64,000 nt of DNA from Escherichia coli (GCF_044324875.1 NZ_CP172185.1), one strand, 5' to 3'; counted from the first letter of the stretch, positions 9,633 through 19,856 are shown. Program-made: numbers and translations. The notes: generated from the letters alone by a model not told the origin.

Positions 9633-11168
9633 TCAGTGGTAGTAGCCCGGACCACGCAGGTTTTCATGCTCTGAAGCATATGCCGGATGTTGTTCGCCCT
9701 GGCGGGATAATGGAAGCTCCAGGTTCTCCCGATGGTGACGCAGCAGATTGTCGATAAAGCGTCTGTCAGGGGCGTTATAGTGCAGGGCAACGTAACAGGC
9801 CTTTTCCAGCCGTTCCGGGCCGTATTTTTTCTGAAGTGCCAGCAGCCCCAGAACTGCACGATAAGCCAGTTCCGGATGGGGTTTTGCCTTCAGCATGGAT
9901 TCAACCACCCGGCCTGTGGACGGGCCCGTACGTTTTCCCTGCTCGATCAGGCGTTCCGGTGTCCATGTCCCGTGCTGCCGGTGGCGCTCTGGCATGTGAA
10001 GCGGATTGGTTGTGTGTTTATATTCATGTGTGCTGCGCGGATGTTGCGCCACACACTGCCCCTTGTGCCAGAGCTGTACCACCGACTGCCCCGCCTTCAG
10101 TGACAGACGCTGACCGACCAGTTCGTGTGGAACGGAGTACCAGTGACGGGCATATTCAACGTGGTAGTCAGGGCCAACCTTCACAGCTTTGTATTCCGTG
10201 TATTCATAAGGTGCCAGAGGCAGCGGAGAGAGTGCTGGCGCATCCAGTATGCGGAAGCGTTCTGCACGGGTTTGATTGCCGTACCCCTTCATTGGCCGGT
10301 TATTCATGTCTGTCAGTAACTCCCTAAGGCGCGCATTCAGCGCCCTGAGCGTGTGGAAGGTTTCATTACGGATGCGGGCAAGAAGCCATCGTTCAACGAT
10401 GAGGACGCCGTTTTCTGCTTTTGGTTTATCTTTAGGTTTGCGTGGTCGGGCCGGGATGATAACCGTGCCATAGTGCTCAGCCAGTGCCTGATAACTGTCG
10501 TTGATGACAGGCTCATATCGATCGGCCTTTTTCACTGCGCTTCTGAGGTTATCGGGGATGAGCAGCTTCGGTACGCCGCCCAGGAAGGTCAGGCAACGGC
10601 TGTGGGCATTTAACCATGACATCATGTCCTGACCTTCGCACGCTTCAACGTAGGTATAGTTGGACGCCCCCATTACGGCCACGAAGATTGCCACGCGGCG
10701 TATCTCACCGGTGTCCGGATTAATAACAGGAACCGTAGGACCACAGAAGTCGATAAAAAGCTTTTCGCCGGCACGATGCTCCTGGCGCATGGAGAGACGT
10801 CGCGTTTTTTTCCACTCCCGGTAGCAACGGCAGAAGTGCGAGTATCCCATCGCTTTGTTACCCGCCTGTGCCTTGTATTCCATCCACAACAGTTGCCGCG
10901 TCACACCTGGTTTTCTCATTTCCGTATCGAAGTACAACATGTCAGGCATTACAAGCTCTGATGCAAAGGTGTCTTTGGGCGGAAAAATGAGTTTCTCCAG
11001 CGTGTCATGGGATATATCAGCAGGTAATGGCCATGACAGAGAAGAGGCTTTGAAGCGGGCAAGAACCTCAAAAACGGTTGAGGCGCTGATGTGTAACGTC
11101 AGTCCGATACAACGGTTAGTCAGCTTCTTGTCGAACTTGAGCTGAAGGATCTTAAAACAGGTTTCCAT
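9633..11168 (-). CDS. istA: IS21-family transposase IstA
   Basis: ~512 aa from METCFKILQ; N-terminal HTH and integrase-like catalytic core typical of IstA. Confidence 0.85.
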   Translation of the reverse strand: METCFKILQLKFDKKLTNRCIGLTLHISASTVFEVLARFKASSLSWPLPADISHDTLEKLIFPPKDTFASELVMPDMLYFDTEMRKPGVTRQLLWMEYKAQAGNKAMGYSHFCRCYREWKKTRRLSMRQEHRAGEKLFIDFCGPTVPVINPDTGEIRRVAIFVAVMGASNYTYVEACEGQDMMSWLNAHSRCLTFLGGVPKLLIPDNLRSAVKKADRYEPVINDSYQALAEHYGTVIIPARPRKPKDKPKAENGVLIVERWLLARIRNETFHTLRALNARLRELLTDMNNRPMKGYGNQTRAERFRILDAPALSPLPLAPYEYTEYKAVKVGPDYHVEYARHWYSVPHELVGQRLSLKAGQSVVQLWHKGQCVAQHPRSTHEYKHTTNPLHMPERHRQHGTWTPERLIEQGKRTGPSTGRVVESMLKAKPHPELAYRAVLGLLALQKKYGPERLEKACYVALHYNAPDRRFIDNLLRHHRENLELPLSRQGEQHPAYASEHENLRGPGYYH

Positions 11169-11400
11169 AGTGCTCCTGGATTTTCTCTTTCTGGACATTG
11201 ACGTCTCCACTGGTTTAAACACGGCAATGGAGACTGTGGTGAAAAGAGTTAATTCCCGGAGTGACTGGCAGGATGCCAATCAATGATCGGAAGCATGCCA
11301 AATCGTGATCGATTGTGATGCCAAACTGTGATCGGAGATGGATGCCAAATCATGATCGATTCGAATGCCAAACTGCGATCGATTCAGATGCCATTTTGCA

Positions 11401-11641
11401 TCAGTCATCAGATATTCCATTCGGAATGGATATCAACGACGCCTGTATGCTCCAGGTATACCGCATAGCTCAGGCTGCACTACAGGCAAAACCGTCAGAT
11501 GGACTGGTTAGAGCAGTACGTTTCTATGAACTGGTAAAGCGTGAGAATCCGCCAGTCGAAACCGGAGCATGGCAAGACGCTGTTGACTGGGTGCTCAAAG
11601 AGGCTTGTCAGGTTGTAAACACTGGCATCAAAGGAGACTGA
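11401..11641 (+). pseudogene. 3' part of the cargo gene split by the IS insertion
   Basis: Removing the IS and one TSD copy joins 8682-8761 in frame to this segment, giving a 104-aa ORF. Confidence 0.6.
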
Positions 11642-11642
11642 T

Positions 11643-11852
11643 ATGGCTATTGCCGCAAGTTACACCATGCATCTCTATTGTGATTGTCGCCAGTGTACAA
11701 ATGGTAAATATCAAACGCCAGACTTCGGTGAATATATCGGTACGTCATGGACTGGCTGTGCAAAAGAGGCGCGTAAGGATGGCTGGCGAATAAGCAAAGA
11801 CAAAACTCGTGCTTTTGCGCCCGGGCATAAAGTTTTGAGGATTAACAAATGA
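11643..11852 (+). CDS. Small Cys-rich protein (69 aa), possible zinc ribbon
   Basis: AAGGAG RBS; CDC-x2-C ... C pattern; tightly packed in the operon. Confidence 0.5.
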   Translation: MAIAASYTMHLYCDCRQCTNGKYQTPDFGEYIGTSWTGCAKEARKDGWRISKDKTRAFAPGHKVLRINK

Positions 11853-12250
11853 CCACTATAACCAAAGAGCGACTACTGACAATCAGGCAGTGGCGCGAAA
11901 CATACGGACCTGGTAGCAACGTTGTACTGCCAGCCGAAGAAGCGGAAAAACTGGCACGGATTGCTTTGGCATCGCTGGAAGCAAAACCAATAGGTGCTTT
12001 CCACATTGCAGAACAGCAGGTCGATGGCACAAGTGACTACATCAAGGATGGGGAGTACCGCTTGCTGACATCTGAAGAACAAAAGATAGCCCAACTTTTA
12101 GGCGATGCATGGAACCTGTATTTTACATTGCCAGTTGAGCATCCAATGGGTAGAGATGAATTTTGCCGGGCAATTCATCATTGCCAAAATATGGTGTTGG
12201 CACGCCCTGCCATCAGGGCGCTGGCCAGTAAGGGGCAAGGCTATAAATAG
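11849..12250 (+). CDS. Hypothetical cargo protein (133 aa)
   Basis: Start overlaps the previous stop (ATGA); followed by a strong terminator. Confidence 0.5.
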   Translation: MTTITKERLLTIRQWRETYGPGSNVVLPAEEAEKLARIALASLEAKPIGAFHIAEQQVDGTSDYIKDGEYRLLTSEEQKIAQLLGDAWNLYFTLPVEHPMGRDEFCRAIHHCQNMVLARPAIRALASKGQGYK

Positions 12251-12256
12251 ATGAGC

Positions 12257-12285
12257 AAAACGCCCTCCTCCAGGGCGTTTATTTC
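12257..12285 (+). terminator. Rho-independent terminator closing the cargo operon
   Basis: Hairpin AACGCCCTCCTCCAGGGCGTT followed by a T-rich run. Confidence 0.6.
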
Positions 12286-12741
12286 AATGCACAATAGTGC
12301 ACAAATTTGCACAATTTTTTTGAACGACTTTTTGCCCTTCCGGCCCGTGTGGCGTCTGGATCCGTCGGGGATCCGTGCGTGCACGAAAAAAGGCCTTTTT
12401 CTGCGCGCAGGTGACGGGGGAACAGCCCGCGTTTCAGGGGGTAAATAGCATTCCCTGAACGATGTTGCAGTGACACAACAGAATGGCTGTATTTCTCACG
12501 CTGAGCGTGAAAAAGACGTAAGGGCTTTTGATTTGATGGGGTGAAAGATAAGGCCGTCAAAATCGCACTGAGGCAGCGAGAATATGTCGTCAGAGTTGCG
12601 GGGTTGCGTAAGCATCCGCCCGGCGATGATGGCTACAGGGCTGGAGATGTTGTGAAATTATCTGAAGGAATAACCAGCTTGCAGGAGAACCCGGGCAAAG
12701 TCAGAATAGCGGCAGGCATCAACTCAAAAGAGGATAATGTC

Positions 12742-13245
12742 ATGAGCCACTTTAATGATTTATGCCAGATCAATCGTGAAGCTGAAGAAAAACGCGCTGA
12801 GGCAGCTCAAATTTTGCGGGATGAAGCGGCAAGGCTGATTGATTTCTATGAAGAATGGCTGGGGCTTCCATCCATGTACTGGGAAGACGATGATGGCGAC
12901 CTGCACCGCTACGTGGAGACAGGCTTGCCATGTAAGACAGCGGCGGATTTTAGTCCTCTTTCAGTCCACAATATCGCATCTGCACCAGACAATATTTTCC
13001 GCATGGCCGTGCGAACCTGGGTTAAGTCATCTGACAGCAGCTACCCGGTAAGCGTGGTTATTGCACTTGAATTATATTCAGTAGATGCGGAACGGGTGTC
13101 TCTGAGAGTCCGGGTGGAAGACGATATTTCTGTTCGCGTATTTATCAATAAACCCAGCGAAGAAGCCTGGGGCGATGTTGTTATGCACATGAAAAAGCAC
13201 ATCGCTAATCACCTGAAAAAGCGAGCGCCATCAGCACTTCGTTAA
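12742..13245 (+). CDS. Hypothetical acidic protein (167 aa) next to the portal gene
   Basis: AGAGGA RBS before ATG at 12742; an upstream in-frame GTG at 12541 is an alternative start. Confidence 0.45.
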   Translation: MSHFNDLCQINREAEEKRAEAAQILRDEAARLIDFYEEWLGLPSMYWEDDDGDLHRYVETGLPCKTAADFSPLSVHNIASAPDNIFRMAVRTWVKSSDSSYPVSVVIALELYSVDAERVSLRVRVEDDISVRVFINKPSEEAWGDVVMHMKKHIANHLKKRAPSALR

Positions 13246-13311
13246 GCAGAGCTGGAGAGTCGGGGCATAAATTTTTTATGCCCCGGCGAAGCAGCAGACA
13301 AGCGAAGCGCG

Positions 13312-14367
13312 TCAGGATATGGGCTGGGTGTCTAACAGTGCGTAAGGGTTAAAACGGATCACCTCTTCGCCCAGCCAGTCGTTGACGTGTTTCATTGCTT
13401 CCATGACGGGCATCAGTTCGTTAATGGCAAACACACGGGCTGCCTTCTCCACATCCCCGAATGACCCCTTCTCACCCGGCATGGCCCCCATCAGCTGCGG
13501 CGGTACACGGTGCACGGACAGCACATCATCACGCGATGCAGCCTTGACGTTCATGAACTCATCCTTTGCGGTGATTTGCTGAAACGGCAAAATCTGTACG
13601 CCATCCTTACCACCTCCCGCCGCGTGGATGAGCAGATTTTTAAACGCCCCGCCACCACGCGCGCTTTGCAGTGTTTCCCGCAGTTTTTCCATGCTTTCAC
13701 GGTCAACCTGCGCCGCACCGATGTAGACAATACAGCCCGCGTGTGAGCCGTTATCGTAGTAGAGCTTGCGGAAGATATCGGCGGAATGTGACAGGCTGGC
13801 AGACAGCAGGCCGCCCAGGTAATCCGGCATCCCGTAAATCTCCTGGTTGATATCAGGATTCATCAGGTGGCATATCGTCCCCTCACGAAAGCGGTACTCT
13901 TCCTGTCCTTCCTGTATATACCACCATGATTTCATATCGCTGCCACGTCGCATGTATTTCGCCAGCGCCCGGCGCAGGGCCAGCGGTTCGCCAAGCATGT
14001 TGCGCCGCAGCTCAAGACAGGCATTACCGAACACAAACCAGTCCATCGCCACCCCGGCGAACTCCTGGCGGGACAGCAGAGGATGTGGAATATAGCAGCC
14101 CAGCAGCACATTACGTTTGAAGCTGAGCGCCGACTGGTGCCAGGACGTCTGGCGGGCAGCCCGTGCCAGTCCGTACCAGTCAACGGGCGTTTCAAACCAC
14201 CGCCCGTTGTCGGCGCAGTACATGCTGTCCAGCAGGTCGGCCCCTGACAGCCGGTAAGGTCCTTCAAACGTGAAGGCACTCAGTGTCGGGTCGCTTCGCA
14301 GGGAATCCGCAAGGCTGCCCTGCGCTGCGCGGGCGTTCGTACGTCGTTGTTTATTTTTTCTGCTCAT
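13312..14367 (-). CDS. Q: Portal protein, P2 gpQ-like
   Basis: 351 aa, adjacent to and co-oriented with the large terminase, as in P2. Confidence 0.85.
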   Translation of the reverse strand: MSRKNKQRRTNARAAQGSLADSLRSDPTLSAFTFEGPYRLSGADLLDSMYCADNGRWFETPVDWYGLARAARQTSWHQSALSFKRNVLLGCYIPHPLLSRQEFAGVAMDWFVFGNACLELRRNMLGEPLALRRALAKYMRRGSDMKSWWYIQEGQEEYRFREGTICHLMNPDINQEIYGMPDYLGGLLSASLSHSADIFRKLYYDNGSHAGCIVYIGAAQVDRESMEKLRETLQSARGGGAFKNLLIHAAGGGKDGVQILPFQQITAKDEFMNVKAASRDDVLSVHRVPPQLMGAMPGEKGSFGDVEKAARVFAINELMPVMEAMKHVNDWLGEEVIRFNPYALLDTQPIS

Positions 14368-16118
14368 CAGAACTCCGTAACACTGAAGGGGGCGGCATCA
14401 TGTTCACCGCCGACAGGTTCGTTGATAACGGCCAGCATGGTGGCCCATGCAAGATCGCCATGGCTTACGCCTCTTGCGCGATCTGTTTCGTAGGTGATAA
14501 ATCCGGCCTGCGTTTTTGTTTTGCGTACCGCGTTAAAGGCGCTCACCAGTTCGCGCTCGCTGCGGTCGTACTCCCACCGCCCGGCGCGCATGAGCTGCAG
14601 CATCTTCAGAACCAGCGTGCGCTTTGATGACAGGGTGAAGGTGTAGGGAATGGCTGCCGGAAAAAAGCGCTTCACAATCTGATACACCGCATCCCCGTGA
14701 CCGCCGGTTACGTCAATACCGATATGCTCAACGTTATAGCGAAAGGTGAACTCTTCAATCACCTTCGCCTGCGCCTCAAACTCCAGCCCCTGCACCCGCC
14801 GCGTCTCCACGGTGCGAAAACGCCCGCCCGGTACGGCTGGCGGCACCACCACGACAACCGCCCCGCTGTCACCGTTCCCGCTACTGCCGTTGGCGTCGTA
14901 CCCAATCCACACAGGGCGGTTCCCCATCGGACGCGGTGCAAACGGCTTCCAGTCCGGCCACTCGTCGTATCCGTCAACACCGCAGCCAATCAGGATATTC
15001 AGGTTAAATGCCGATTCCCCTTCGCGAGCAAATTCACACATGTAGAGATTGCGGAACTCGTCTTCAGTGTTATTGCGCCGGATTTTGTCAATGTTGGTTA
15101 ACGTCCATCCCTGACTGACCACATCTTCCAGCGTCACAATTTGCCGCCAGATATAGTCAGGACAGATAAGGCCGTTATGAAGCGCATTCCAGCTCACATC
15201 AAAATGCTGACGTTTATGAGTACGAAGCCCTTCATTCCAGTGATCGCCGTTCCAGTATGCATACGCCTCATGTGTTTCACTTGATGGCGTGGAAAAATAG
15301 GTACACCGCAAACCATCCAGCGTTGCCATAGCAGCAGCCACCTTGCGCAGCTCTGCGAAACGCCCCGTCCAGAAAAACTCATCAAAATACAGATTCCCTG
15401 TGTACGCTTGCGCGGTGGCCGCAGAAGTGCCGAGAAAATGCAGCTCTGCACCGTTGGAGAGGATGACTTTATCGCCCCCTTTCAGTTCCACATCAACTTC
15501 AGATGCAGCCTTCTGAATAATGCTTTTAAACTGGAGCGCCTGACGACGAGACGCAGACAAAAAAATCTGGTTACGCTGGTAAGGTTGTGCCACATCGTCA
15601 CGCAGCGCCATCAGCAGCGCTTCCTGCGCAAAATACCAGGTCGCCCCAATCTGGCGGGATTTCAGGATCATCCTGTCAGTAATTCCGGCACGCTCACAGG
15701 CACCGATAGCATCAAGCCATTTGCGCTGGTGTCCGGCCAGCCTGTCGGTAATTTTTTCCCGCAGCGCCGCGATCTGTTCCGGCGTGAAATGATTTTTGCG
15801 TTTTTTCGCCCGGCCTTTCTTTCCTGTTGCCGTCTCATCCGGCAGACCGTCATGCAGCTTTTTAAGCTGACGGGTCAGCAAATCAATTTCCTTAAAGTCC
15901 CCGCCTGTTTTATTCTGTTTTTCCGTGAGCTGAATGAGTCGCGCATCCATGGACTGCGTGACACGCTGAACCGGGGGCGTCTCATCCCACTGGTCGCGTT
16001 TTTTCCACGAATGGATCGTGTTCTGGTTGATACCCATAAGGCGGGAAATTTCCGCAACAGGGTAACCCTGCCAGTACAGCTGGCGTGCCCGCTGGCGAAC
16101 AAATGTATCCTGAATCAT
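14367..16118 (-). CDS. P: Terminase large subunit (ATPase), P2 gpP-like
   Basis: 583 aa; divergent from the scaffold gene as in P2. Confidence 0.85.
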   Translation of the reverse strand: MIQDTFVRQRARQLYWQGYPVAEISRLMGINQNTIHSWKKRDQWDETPPVQRVTQSMDARLIQLTEKQNKTGGDFKEIDLLTRQLKKLHDGLPDETATGKKGRAKKRKNHFTPEQIAALREKITDRLAGHQRKWLDAIGACERAGITDRMILKSRQIGATWYFAQEALLMALRDDVAQPYQRNQIFLSASRRQALQFKSIIQKAASEVDVELKGGDKVILSNGAELHFLGTSAATAQAYTGNLYFDEFFWTGRFAELRKVAAAMATLDGLRCTYFSTPSSETHEAYAYWNGDHWNEGLRTHKRQHFDVSWNALHNGLICPDYIWRQIVTLEDVVSQGWTLTNIDKIRRNNTEDEFRNLYMCEFAREGESAFNLNILIGCGVDGYDEWPDWKPFAPRPMGNRPVWIGYDANGSSGNGDSGAVVVVVPPAVPGGRFRTVETRRVQGLEFEAQAKVIEEFTFRYNVEHIGIDVTGGHGDAVYQIVKRFFPAAIPYTFTLSSKRTLVLKMLQLMRAGRWEYDRSERELVSAFNAVRKTKTQAGFITYETDRARGVSHGDLAWATMLAVINEPVGGEHDAAPFSVTEF

Positions 16119-16272
16119 TTCTCCCCCTCATGTGATTCAGGCAGTTTACTCACCCCTTACAGGCCTCCTGCCATGCCCGGTGTTGTCGGCATTCGCTTAC
16201 AACAAACGCACTTTGTCTGTCCCTGCCCCGTTTTGCCATCATGAGACAAACGATCATCACGAGGGCCCGACA

Positions 16273-17109
16273 ATGCCTGAACAGAAAAAAACATCCCGTA
16301 AAACATTCCGCGTGGCCGTTTCCGGTCCCACCGCAGACGGTCGCGAAATCAGCGCCGCAGATTTGCGCGCGGCGGCCAGTAACTTCAACCCTGAGATTTA
16401 CGGCGCACGCGTGAACGTGGAGCACTGGCTTTCACCGGTTCCGTCCAGTGAATTTTCCGCCATGGGTGATGTGACGGCACTGAGCACAGAAGAAATCACC
16501 GAAGGTCCGCTGGTCGGTCGTACTGCGCTGTATGCGGAAATCGAACCCACCGACCGCATGAAAAATCTGGTCTCCCGGGGTAAGAAAATTTACTCCAGTA
16601 TTGAGCTGGCACGAAATTTCACCCCTACGGGCACCCCGTATCTTATTGGCCTTGCCATGACAGACACCCCGGCAAGCATCGGCACGGAGCGTCTTCAGTT
16701 CGCCCTGCAGCAGCGCCGTTCGGTCATGACCTTCAATAATCAGCAGACGGAAGCACCGATGTTCTCTGACGCCATTGAGGCTGAAGTGATCGAACTGACG
16801 GAGCGCCGCAGCGAGGAAGGTGCGCAGTGGTTTAACCGCGTGATGAACATGATTGGGCGAGGACGCAGGGCTGACGACACCCGGTTCTCCCGCATTCATG
16901 ACGCCGTTGAGGGGATAGCCTCATCGCATGCCGACCTTCTCGACCGCTTCAGTGCACTGGAATCGCGCCATCAGGCAGACAGACAGAAAGTCGCCACCCT
17001 GTCCACTGAGCTGGCAGAGCTGAAAAACAGACTGCGCGGACTGGACGCTGATCAGCAAAGTCGTTTTACGGCAACCGGCGGGCAGTCCAGACAACTGGCT
17101 GACTACTGA
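16273..17109 (+). CDS. O: Capsid scaffolding protein, P2 gpO-like
   Basis: Start at MPEQKK; size and position between P and the capsid gene. Confidence 0.75.
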   Translation: MPEQKKTSRKTFRVAVSGPTADGREISAADLRAAASNFNPEIYGARVNVEHWLSPVPSSEFSAMGDVTALSTEEITEGPLVGRTALYAEIEPTDRMKNLVSRGKKIYSSIELARNFTPTGTPYLIGLAMTDTPASIGTERLQFALQQRRSVMTFNNQQTEAPMFSDAIEAEVIELTERRSEEGAQWFNRVMNMIGRGRRADDTRFSRIHDAVEGIASSHADLLDRFSALESRHQADRQKVATLSTELAELKNRLRGLDADQQSRFTATGGQSRQLADY

Positions 17110-17137
17110 CAGAAATAACCACAAGAGGTGATAACCG

Positions 17138-18277
17138 ATGAATCGGATCATGAGCGATGCCGCGCGGGCCGAGCTTTTTGCTTACCAGGCACAACAGGCG
17201 GAGATGAATAACATCACGATATCTGCGCTCTCCTCCCGCTTTTCGGTACAGCCGGCAGTGCAGCAGAGATTTGAAAACGCATCAAAGGAAAGCCATGATT
17301 TTCTTCAGAAAGCCAACAGCATTGGTGTGACAGAGCAGAAAGGTGAAAAGGTACTCCTGGACACCACCGGGCCGGTTGCGCGCACGAACAGCAGTTATGA
17401 CGGTACAAATCGTCGTAACCCGCTGAATGTGGTGGACATGAAAGCGCGACGCTATGAGTGCGAGCAGGTGAACTACGACACCTTCATCTCCTACCCTCAG
17501 CTTGACATGTGGGCCGGACACCCTGACTTCCAGCTGCGTGTGAGTCGCCAGATTGCCAGACAGGTGGCACTTGATCGCATCATGACAGGTTTTAACGGTA
17601 CGCACCATGCGGAAGTCTCGGATATAAAAAAACACCCGCGACTTGAGGACGTCAATAAGGGGTGGCTGCAGGATATCAGGGACCAGGCCCCGCAACGCGT
17701 CATGAAAGACGTGATGCTGACTGCGCGCAATATGGACAATTCGGTGGCATACACAGGCAGATACGCCAATCCCGATGCACTGGTCCAGGATGCACGCTCA
17801 TCCCTGCTTGACGAATGGCACAAGGACGCAGACGACCTCGTTGTCATCATGGGGCGAAACCTCTTTAACTCCCTGCGCCTGCCGGTCCTGAACAGTATCA
17901 GCATGCAGAATGCGAATGCCGAACTGCTTGCCGGACAGCTCATTGTGTCAACGCGGACCATTGGCGGCCTTGATGTGTACCTTGCGCCATTTTTCCCGGC
18001 TCAGTCAATGCTCATCACCTCATTCAGCAACCTGTCGGTTTACTGGCAGAAGGGGTCCATGCGTCGTCTCATGAAGGATGAGCCCGAATACAACCGTATC
18101 GCCATCTATCAGTCCGTTAACGACTGCTATGTGGTTGAGGACCATGGTAAGTGCGCACTGATTGAGAATATCAGCTTTGCCGAATATGACCATGACGCGC
18201 CGGACTGGTACCGGGACGCCACAAAAGCACTGTCAGCGCAGGCTGAAGACAGGGATGCAGGGGAAGAGGAGGATTAA
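17138..18277 (+). CDS. N: Major capsid protein, P2 gpN-like
   Basis: 379 aa; position after scaffold. Confidence 0.8.
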   Translation: MNRIMSDAARAELFAYQAQQAEMNNITISALSSRFSVQPAVQQRFENASKESHDFLQKANSIGVTEQKGEKVLLDTTGPVARTNSSYDGTNRRNPLNVVDMKARRYECEQVNYDTFISYPQLDMWAGHPDFQLRVSRQIARQVALDRIMTGFNGTHHAEVSDIKKHPRLEDVNKGWLQDIRDQAPQRVMKDVMLTARNMDNSVAYTGRYANPDALVQDARSSLLDEWHKDADDLVVIMGRNLFNSLRLPVLNSISMQNANAELLAGQLIVSTRTIGGLDVYLAPFFPAQSMLITSFSNLSVYWQKGSMRRLMKDEPEYNRIAIYQSVNDCYVVEDHGKCALIENISFAEYDHDAPDWYRDATKALSAQAEDRDAGEEED

Positions 18278-18279
18278 CC

Positions 18280-19062
18280 ATGCTGACACCGGCACAGGCT
18301 CATTTCCAGCGCGTGATGGCTTTACGGGCAGGAACGGCAGCAGAAAACGAGGATATCGTGGCCCGCACGGCTCATGAGCAGGTCCTTCACCGTCTGCGCC
18401 TGGCACAGCAACGCATAAAGGGCGTCCAGGCAAAAGCGGCAAAGGCCGCGCTCAAGCGTGAAATGCTGCCGGGTTTTGCAGGCTGGATAGACGGCACGCT
18501 GGAAGCCGACGGCGGACAGCAGGATGAGGTGATAGCCACACTCATGGTGTGGGCCGTGGACTGTGGCGACCTGGCGCTTGCACTGCGCATCGGGGATTAT
18601 GTGGTTCGCCACAACCTCACGATGCCTGACAACTTCGGGCGTACGGCAGCCACGGTACTGACCGAGGAAATCTGCAACCCTGTTCTGACACAGGCCGGAA
18701 CGGATGCACACGCCGATTTGTCCGGCTACATCGAACCGCTGGACACCCTCTGGCAAATTGTCGCGAACCGGGACATGCCCGATGAGGTCCGCGCCAAGCT
18801 GTGCAAGGCATGCGCCTTTGCCCGTCGTGGCCTGACCGATGCCGACAGCATGGCGGTGAGTCTGAAGCTGTTCCGTGAGGCAATGCACCTTAACCCGAAT
18901 GCGGGGGTAAAACGTGAGATTGCCACGCTTTCACGGGCCCTGAAAAAGGCCGGACAGGATGAAGCCGCTGCCGCACAGGAGCCTGCGGCACAGAAAGATA
19001 CAACCAGAGAACAGACCACGACGCCGAAGGCGAAAGCGAAAGCGAAGGCGAAACGTGGTTAA
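18280..19062 (+). CDS. M: Terminase small/endonuclease subunit, P2 gpM-like
   Basis: 260 aa with basic C-terminal KAKAKAKAKRG tail; position after capsid gene. Confidence 0.75.
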   Translation: MLTPAQAHFQRVMALRAGTAAENEDIVARTAHEQVLHRLRLAQQRIKGVQAKAAKAALKREMLPGFAGWIDGTLEADGGQQDEVIATLMVWAVDCGDLALALRIGDYVVRHNLTMPDNFGRTAATVLTEEICNPVLTQAGTDAHADLSGYIEPLDTLWQIVANRDMPDEVRAKLCKACAFARRGLTDADSMAVSLKLFREAMHLNPNAGVKREIATLSRALKKAGQDEAAAAQEPAAQKDTTREQTTTPKAKAKAKAKRG

Positions 19063-19164
19063 CGGCTGACCCCGTCAGAAGGCGGCGTGCCGGGCGTTCC
19101 GGTTACGGTTTTCCGTTCCCCTTACACCCGGCACCCACCGCTTTTTTTTCTGAAGGAGCGATTT

Positions 19165-19659
19165 ATGAGCATGGTCGCAAGACCGGAAGCCGCCCCTGCG
19201 CGGGACGACATCACCGACACCGACGACGGCGACGCCACCATCACCGCCGGGGCATTCTGGCCGGAGATTGTGCTGCGGGAGCTGCGCCTTGCAGTACGCC
19301 TGCCGGGCCGCATCACCTCCACACGTCTGGCGCACGTTGCCACGGGAGCCGTGGCTCACGTCACGCGGGAGCTGGAAGAGTGGCAGAAGGCGCAGTCTGC
19401 CGCAGGGTTCAGCATCCTCGCAGAAGTGCCTGCCGCCACCATCAACGGTGAGAGCGTCAACGTATGGCATTACCGCAACGCCGTCTACAGCGCCACCCGC
19501 GCCCTGATTCTGGAACGCTGGCGGGATGTGGACACCACTGATAAAGGGGACCGCCGGGCTGACGCACTGGATGAGCAGATGGAAGACTTATGGCGCGATG
19601 TGCGCTGGTCCGTGGCAGATATTCTGGGTCGCCCCCGTCTTTTTGCGGAGCTGGTGTGA
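19165..19659 (+). CDS. L: Head completion protein, P2 gpL-like
   Basis: AAGGAG RBS, start at MSMVAR; ~164 aa. Confidence 0.7.
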   Translation: MSMVARPEAAPARDDITDTDDGDATITAGAFWPEIVLRELRLAVRLPGRITSTRLAHVATGAVAHVTRELEEWQKAQSAAGFSILAEVPAATINGESVNVWHYRNAVYSATRALILERWRDVDTTDKGDRRADALDEQMEDLWRDVRWSVADILGRPRLFAELV

Positions 19660-19856
19660 TGAAAGTGAGGGCACTCCAGGGGGATACCGTCGATTTACTC
19701 TGTTTCCGGCACTACGGCACCACGCAGGGGGTGACCGCACAGGTACTTGATGCCAATCCAGGGCTCTGCCGCCAGGTAATTCTGGAAGCGGGACAGGAGG
19801 TGGAGATGCCGGAGCCGGAAAGGAAACAGCAACGCGAAAAGGTAAAGCTATGGTGA
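19659..19856 (+). CDS. X: Tail protein X-like (65 aa)
   Basis: Start overlaps L stop; small ORF preceding the holin as in P2. Confidence 0.6.
   Translation: MKVRALQGDTVDLLCFRHYGTTQGVTAQVLDANPGLCRQVILEAGQEVEMPEPERKQQREKVKLW

Larger units (their letters stand above)
8762..11400 (-). mobile_element. IS21-family insertion sequence (istA-istB), ~2.6 kb
   Basis: IstA and IstB ORFs; clustered terminal repeats of the ATGCCAAA-YNTGATCG type at both ends in inverted orientation; flanked by 6-bp direct repeat TCAGTC (8756-8761 and 11401-11406). Confidence 0.8.

Noticed and set aside
15408-16244. 278-aa plus-strand ORF
   Set aside because: Antisense to the large terminase gene; no RBS.
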